Below, piece by piece: positions 27,549-32,000 of a DNA stretch of 32,000 bases. The stretch comes from Alkanindiges sp. WGS2144 (GTDB lineage Bacteria > Pseudomonadota > Gammaproteobacteria > Pseudomonadales > Moraxellaceae), in NCBI RefSeq assembly GCF_043950625.1, contig NZ_CP171007.1. One strand, 5' to 3'. The notes beneath the pieces are model-generated. The model had not been told where the DNA came from. It saw only the letters and a program-made list of their open reading frames with translations, and did not search any database. The position numbers were made by a program, and so were the translations under genes. Numbering within the stretch: position 1 is the stretch's first letter; every line of letters begins with the position of its first letter.

Positions 27549-27693
27549 TATTTATACCCGGGTCTAATTTAGCTTAATTTTACTTAACTAAGTTTCTTCT
27601 GTCAATATTACCCGGTGCAAATTAATTTTAGCCATGGTTAAATTTATAGTTATAAAAACCGGGACTGATGTGAGTTTTTATAAATTAGCTGCT

Positions 27694-27726
27694 AAAAAAA
27701 GCCGCCAGGTTTTTCAAACTGACGGC
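27694..27726 (-). terminator. Rho-independent terminator of the lipoprotein gene
   Basis: On the minus strand: GCCGTCAG, a 10-nt loop, CTGGCGGC (one G-U pair), followed by T7. Confidence 0.6.
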
Positions 27727-27743
27727 ATTTTTAGCAATGCAAC

Positions 27744-28232
27744 TTAGTCTTTTGTTAATATATAGTGACTCGCTAAAGCACCTTCAACTTTTTTACCATT
27801 GCTATCTAAAGCATATAAATTATTTCCTTCTTTCCGGAATTTACGATTATCCCCTGCCTGATCCAGTGTGATCATTGAAGGGTTTGCTGAATCAACTGTA
27901 AAGTTACCGTTGACCTTAAATTCATTGTCTTTGCCTTTACCCTTGTATTCTTCTTTTAGTTCATAGGCTTGATTAGGATGAAATTCCAGTTGGGTTTTGA
28001 TGCCTTCACAATCTGCACAGGGTAAGGTACCTTCATACTCACCTGACCAGTCAGAGGCAAGAGTGGTAGAGTCCACCTGCGCTTGGGTGTTTGCAGCTTG
28101 AGCTTGTGTTTCTGAAGTACTGGTGCTTGAAGTGGTATCAGCTGTAGTAGGCGCTGGCTTGGAACAGGCCACTAATGCAAAGGTAGACAATGAAAGGGCT
28201 AAAATTGTTTTTTTCACGTAAATAGTCCTCAA
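27744..28232 (-). CDS. Lipoprotein with an NlpE N-terminal-like domain (162 aa)
   Basis: Lipobox LVAC and the YEGTLPCADCEGIKTQL CxxC motif typical of the NlpE/CutF N-domain. Confidence 0.7.
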   Translation of the reverse strand: MRTIYVKKTILALSLSTFALVACSKPAPTTADTTSSTSTSETQAQAANTQAQVDSTTLASDWSGEYEGTLPCADCEGIKTQLEFHPNQAYELKEEYKGKGKDNEFKVNGNFTVDSANPSMITLDQAGDNRKFRKEGNNLYALDSNGKKVEGALASHYILTKD

Positions 28233-28428
28233 TTCTTGGGAATGCTCTAATCTAATGAAAATTAAAATAAATAAACATATCTTTCCTGTTGACTTTCTAT
28301 TGATTACGCATACTTTTTACATTAATTTGTTGGCTTTAAGTTTTAAAATACCTCTATAAAAACTGCCTTGATCAAAAAATAATAAAGGCAGCGTTCTCAC
28401 TCATGGTGTTTAGCTAAACAAAACTGGC

Positions 28429-28683
28429 TTACATATTTTGCGTGGGTGCTTCACCAGCCACATTGGATTCTTCCAGTGCGGAAGGGTCTTCATCGCTACG
28501 GGCAGTAGGACTGGGTGTTAAGGTCGGTACACCATCGGGAGTATTCTCACGCTCCATCTCTAGCAGATCATCTACATCCGCTTCAGCAAAGCCTCCTACT
28601 GGATCATTGGCAACGGTTTCATCATAACCGACATCGGTCGGGTCGCGCTGTGTATCATTTTTCGGACTTTTATCATTCGCCAT
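28429..28683 (-). CDS. Small, highly acidic hypothetical protein (84 aa)
   Basis: An ORF with a GGAGAG SD 6 nt upstream of the ATG. I recognise no family. Confidence 0.4.
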   Translation of the reverse strand: MANDKSPKNDTQRDPTDVGYDETVANDPVGGFAEADVDDLLEMERENTPDGVPTLTPSPTARSDEDPSALEESNVAGEAPTQNM

Positions 28684-28792
28684 TTATTCTCTCCAATTCC
28701 ATAACAGCAACAGATTAACCCGTTTCATACTGGTAAATAAGGCAATCATTACCACCATTTAGCAGGTTTATGTAAATCGTATAATGTTATGT

Positions 28793-28837
28793 AAAAACAA
28801 AAAAGAGCCTGCCCTGAACCTAATCCGGGCAAGCTCT
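28793..28837 (-). terminator. Rho-independent terminator of rapA
   Basis: On the minus strand: an 11-bp stem with one mismatch (AGAGCTTGCCC / GGGCAGGCTCT) followed by TTTTTTGTTTTT. Confidence 0.65.
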
Positions 28838-28886
28838 ACATATGTTTTAGTAAAATTAGTGCTTAAAAAGCTTGCTTATTAAAACT

Positions 28887-31733
28887 CTACTTCATTGCCA
28901 CCAGTACACGAATGGAATCCGGCACCAGCGATAAATGCTCCAGTAATTGCACTCCTTGCACTTGCTGGGCTTTTAAACGCTCAAGCTCATCTTCACGGAT
29001 ACTGGGGTTGTGTTCCTTAAGATAAGTTAAGCGATCAATTTCCTGTTGCAGGCGGTCATTATAACGTTGCCGCGCTTTTTGACTAAACTGCTGAATCTGT
29101 GCCTTGGCCAGTTGTTCAGCCTGTTTATAACGTTCCTCAATCACTTCACGGCGCAGTTTAATTACTTGCCGTGCGTTGTTCATATCCAGACGATGCACAT
29201 AGGGATGCAGCATGGCCGAGTTGATTTTGCCAGACAAATCCTGACCTGCTTCATTAAGTAATACCCGGATCAGTTGCTGCGGCAAGCTGGCCGCCAGGTT
29301 CAGTACTTTTGGCGCAATCACTTCTACTCTAAACCACATTTCCAGCAATAAACTACCTTGTGGAATGGCTGCACTTTTCAGTACTGCCACACTGGTATTG
29401 CCAAATGACTGGGTATGTACCATTTCAAAAATACTTTGAGTAAAGGGGTGCTCAAGCGTAATGTATTGCGCGTTTTCACGGATTTGCGCCTGTTCACGCG
29501 AGAAGGTGGCGGTCATGCCTTCTTCATCCAGCAGCAAACCTTCTACCTGCATCTGGTCAGACGGACGAATAATCAGGCTACCGTCGCTTTGCTCTTCATA
29601 ATCAATATTGGTGGCGGCCAAAAAGCGCGTCATGAAATCAGGCAGCGGGTTTTGTTCATCCTGATCTTCTAGGGCTTTGACAATGCGTGCAGCGACCTTG
29701 GGACGGCAGGAATTAAATTCCAGCAGGCGGTCACGGCCAGCCTGTAATTCTTCTTCAAGCTGCATGCGCTCATTATTGACCATTTCCAGTAGTACTTCGA
29801 ACTGTTGTTCCTGATCTTCCAGCAAGCAATCTTTTAGCGCAACGATATGATTTTCCTGCAAAATCTGTGCAGTAGGCGAAATATTGCTGAAAATATTTAA
29901 GGCTTCATTGTACCAGCGGAACATACGCTCCTGTGCAGTATCTTCAAAATAAGGCACATGAATCTGGATACGGTTTTGCTGGCCGATTCGATCCAGACGG
30001 CCAATGCGTTGCTCCAGCACATCCGGATTAGACGGTAAATCGAATAAAATCAGGTCACTGGCAAACTGAAAATTACGACCTTCTGAACCAATTTCTGAAC
30101 ACAATAAAATTTGGGCACCATAGCCCTCTTCAGCAAAATAAGCCGCGGCCTGATCCCGCTCCAGCAAGCTCATGCCTTCATGGAACATGGCTGTACGAAT
30201 ACCACCATGAATGCGCAGTACTGTTTCCAGAGCTTCAACCACCGGGCCACTCCGCGCAATCAGCAATACTTTTTTGTGCTTTAAGTCTTTGCGCAATATG
30301 TCCAGCAGCCAAGGCAAACGAGGATCATGCTCCATCCACGAGCCATCAAGCTGGGTTTCTTCAAACCACATTTGCTCACGCAGCTTGCCGGTTAATGGCC
30401 AATGCTCAGGCGCTGGTAATGGCACAGGTAAGCAATCACGTCCAGGAAAACCCTGGATGGCTTCACGCGTGTTACGAAATAAAATCCGGCCAGTACCATG
30501 ACGATCCAGCAGTTCATTAATGGCTTTATAACGCGCCTCACTGTCCTGCTCGACTTCATGCCCCAGCAATTCGATCAGTATCTGTTGGTGTTGTTCCGTT
30601 AAAAGCTCATCAGACATCAACACTTCAGCAATTTGTGCAGTCTGGCTATATTGGGCTTCTTCTTCTAAAAAGTGATCCAGTGTGTCAAAACGTTGTGGAT
30701 CAAGCAGGCGCAAGCGGGCAAAATGACTATCGACGCCGAGCTGTTCTGGAGTTGCAGTGAGCAATAATACCCCGGGTGTCTGGTTGGCAAACTCCTCTAC
30801 CAGCTCATAGCGGTCATTGCCTACGCCTTCGCCCGTCTCCGGGTCTTCATGCCAGGTTAAATGGTGTGCTTCATCAATGACCAGCAAGTCAAAACCAGCT
30901 TCCAGTGCCTGTTGTTTTAAATCATCATGATCCAGCAATAAATCAATGCTGGCAATGATGCATTGTTCGGTTAAGAATGGATTGGCGCCCTCATCGTGTT
31001 CTTTAATCGATGCGGTACGGGTGAGATCAAATAACGAGAACTGTAGATTGAAACGACGACGCATTTCAATCATCCACTGATATTGCAATGAATCCGGCAC
31101 CAAAATTAAAATGCGTTCACTGCGGCCAGTTTGTAATTGCTGATGAATAATCAGGCCAGCTTCAATGGTTTTGCCAAGACCCACTTCATCAGCCAATAAT
31201 ACGCGCGGTGCCAGACGACGACCCACTTCATGCGCAATATAAAGCTGATGCGGAATTAAACCCACGCGTGGGCCAAGCAAACCACGTAAAGGACTGGTGG
31301 CCATGCGGCTTTGCATCAGCAAGGCTTCGATACGCAGGTCATACCATTCTTTGGATTCAATCTGGCTAGCCAGCAAGCGGTCTAATGGTCGTGCAAGCTG
31401 AATATTGGCACCCAGACGGGTTTCATTCATGCTTTTGCGCTGCTCACCATTGGGGCATATCACATGGTAACGCATGACTCCACGTACATCTTCAGCCTGT
31501 TCTACCTGCCACTCATTGCCTTCCTGATCGTTAAACCAGTCGCCCGCTTTAAAAATAATACGGGATAAGGGGGCGTTGGCGCGGGCGTATACCCGGGTTT
31601 CATCACTTTTTGGGAATAAAATGCTGATCGTTCGCTCGTCAACATCGACCAGAACCCCCAAGCCAAGCTCCGACTCTGTGTCTGATAACCAGCGTTGTCC
31701 AATAGCAAAATCCTGCAATTTATTCACCTTCAC
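28887..31733 (-). CDS. rapA: RNA polymerase-associated SNF2 ATPase RapA/HepA (about 943-948 aa)
   Basis: N-terminal GQRWLSDTESELGLG as in E. coli RapA, plus ADEVGLGKTIEAG, DEAHH and the helicase C motifs. The start is uncertain (GTG at 31733, or TTG at 31718 with a GAAGGTG SD). Confidence 0.95.
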   Translation of the reverse strand: MKVNKLQDFAIGQRWLSDTESELGLGVLVDVDERTISILFPKSDETRVYARANAPLSRIIFKAGDWFNDQEGNEWQVEQAEDVRGVMRYHVICPNGEQRKSMNETRLGANIQLARPLDRLLASQIESKEWYDLRIEALLMQSRMATSPLRGLLGPRVGLIPHQLYIAHEVGRRLAPRVLLADEVGLGKTIEAGLIIHQQLQTGRSERILILVPDSLQYQWMIEMRRRFNLQFSLFDLTRTASIKEHDEGANPFLTEQCIIASIDLLLDHDDLKQQALEAGFDLLVIDEAHHLTWHEDPETGEGVGNDRYELVEEFANQTPGVLLLTATPEQLGVDSHFARLRLLDPQRFDTLDHFLEEEAQYSQTAQIAEVLMSDELLTEQHQQILIELLGHEVEQDSEARYKAINELLDRHGTGRILFRNTREAIQGFPGRDCLPVPLPAPEHWPLTGKLREQMWFEETQLDGSWMEHDPRLPWLLDILRKDLKHKKVLLIARSGPVVEALETVLRIHGGIRTAMFHEGMSLLERDQAAAYFAEEGYGAQILLCSEIGSEGRNFQFASDLILFDLPSNPDVLEQRIGRLDRIGQQNRIQIHVPYFEDTAQERMFRWYNEALNIFSNISPTAQILQENHIVALKDCLLEDQEQQFEVLLEMVNNERMQLEEELQAGRDRLLEFNSCRPKVAARIVKALEDQDEQNPLPDFMTRFLAATNIDYEEQSDGSLIIRPSDQMQVEGLLLDEEGMTATFSREQAQIRENAQYITLEHPFTQSIFEMVHTQSFGNTSVAVLKSAAIPQGSLLLEMWFRVEVIAPKVLNLAASLPQQLIRVLLNEAGQDLSGKINSAMLHPYVHRLDMNNARQVIKLRREVIEERYKQAEQLAKAQIQQFSQKARQRYNDRLQQEIDRLTYLKEHNPSIREDELERLKAQQVQGVQLLEHLSLVPDSIRVLVAMK

Positions 31734-32000
31734 TGTTGCAATTATGACAGCACCTGCATACCCACAGCCATCAGGAGCGGGAACACCTGTGCGGCGCGCA
31801 TTCTCTCATATCTGCCTGATCTTTTGCTGTGTTTTTTGCACAAAATAGCCGTTAAACTGTGCGATAAGACCCTGACGACCCAAAGCATTGGCACATCTAT
31901 GGCGGGATTGATAAGGTGCTGTGTCTAAAATGGTGCTGGACAATTAAAATTCAACTTCTCACCGCTCACTGGATGAAAAAAAGACAACTGTTCAGCATGC

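Noticed and set aside
28429-28683. Small, very acidic protein as a candidate DNA-mimic anti-CRISPR
   Set aside because: It sits in a housekeeping context about 15 kb from the cas genes, with no adjacent HTH (aca-like) gene or mobile-element signature. Acidity alone is insufficient, so it is kept only as a hypothetical CDS.

Overview
Chromosomal DNA from a proteobacterium. Gene content and order look gammaproteobacterial, but the species cannot be identified from sequence alone.

**Positions 1-13.1 kb:** a complete minus-strand type I-F CRISPR-Cas locus. It reads cas1, cas2-3, cas8f/csy1, cas5f/csy2, cas7f/csy3, cas6f/csy4, an AT-rich leader, then an array. The array has 67 identical 28-nt repeats and 66 spacers and runs off the left edge of the window.

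**Positions 13.2-15.5 kb:** a cycA-like amino-acid permease gene split by an 883-bp IS5-family insertion.

**Positions 15.8-32 kb:** housekeeping genes, namely radA, a Tim44-like protein, purA, hisZ, a gap/epd-family dehydrogenase, a DUF4124 protein, tkt, metK, a DUF2239-like protein, an NlpE-like lipoprotein and rapA.

**Two things stand out:**
1. The 382-bp cas2-3/cas8f gap contains an inverted, degenerate mini-CRISPR (psiR1, a 19-nt spacer, psiR2).
   - Its spacer has a seed-type partial match, next to a CC PAM, just downstream of a predicted minus-strand promoter.
   - That promoter reads into a perfect Shine-Dalgarno, a 10-codon mini-ORF with tandem rare AUA codons, and an 11-bp stem-loop.
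   - This architecture resembles a CreTA (CRISPR-repressed RNA toxin/antitoxin) or CreR (cas-regulating RNA) module, here in a type I-F locus.
2. radA carries an in-frame 60-bp insertion built exactly like one CRISPR unit: a 28-bp direct duplication flanking 32 bp.
   - The 32-bp insert is 15/17 identical to part of an array spacer.
   - This fits an ectopic Cas1-Cas2/3 spacer integration (a natural neo-CRISPR) inside a DNA-repair gene.

The array itself also shows priming signatures (overlapping spacers that reveal the CC PAM), a tandem spacer duplication, and two in-register homologous spacer pairs.

No database search was possible. All protein calls rest on recognised motifs or remembered homologues.
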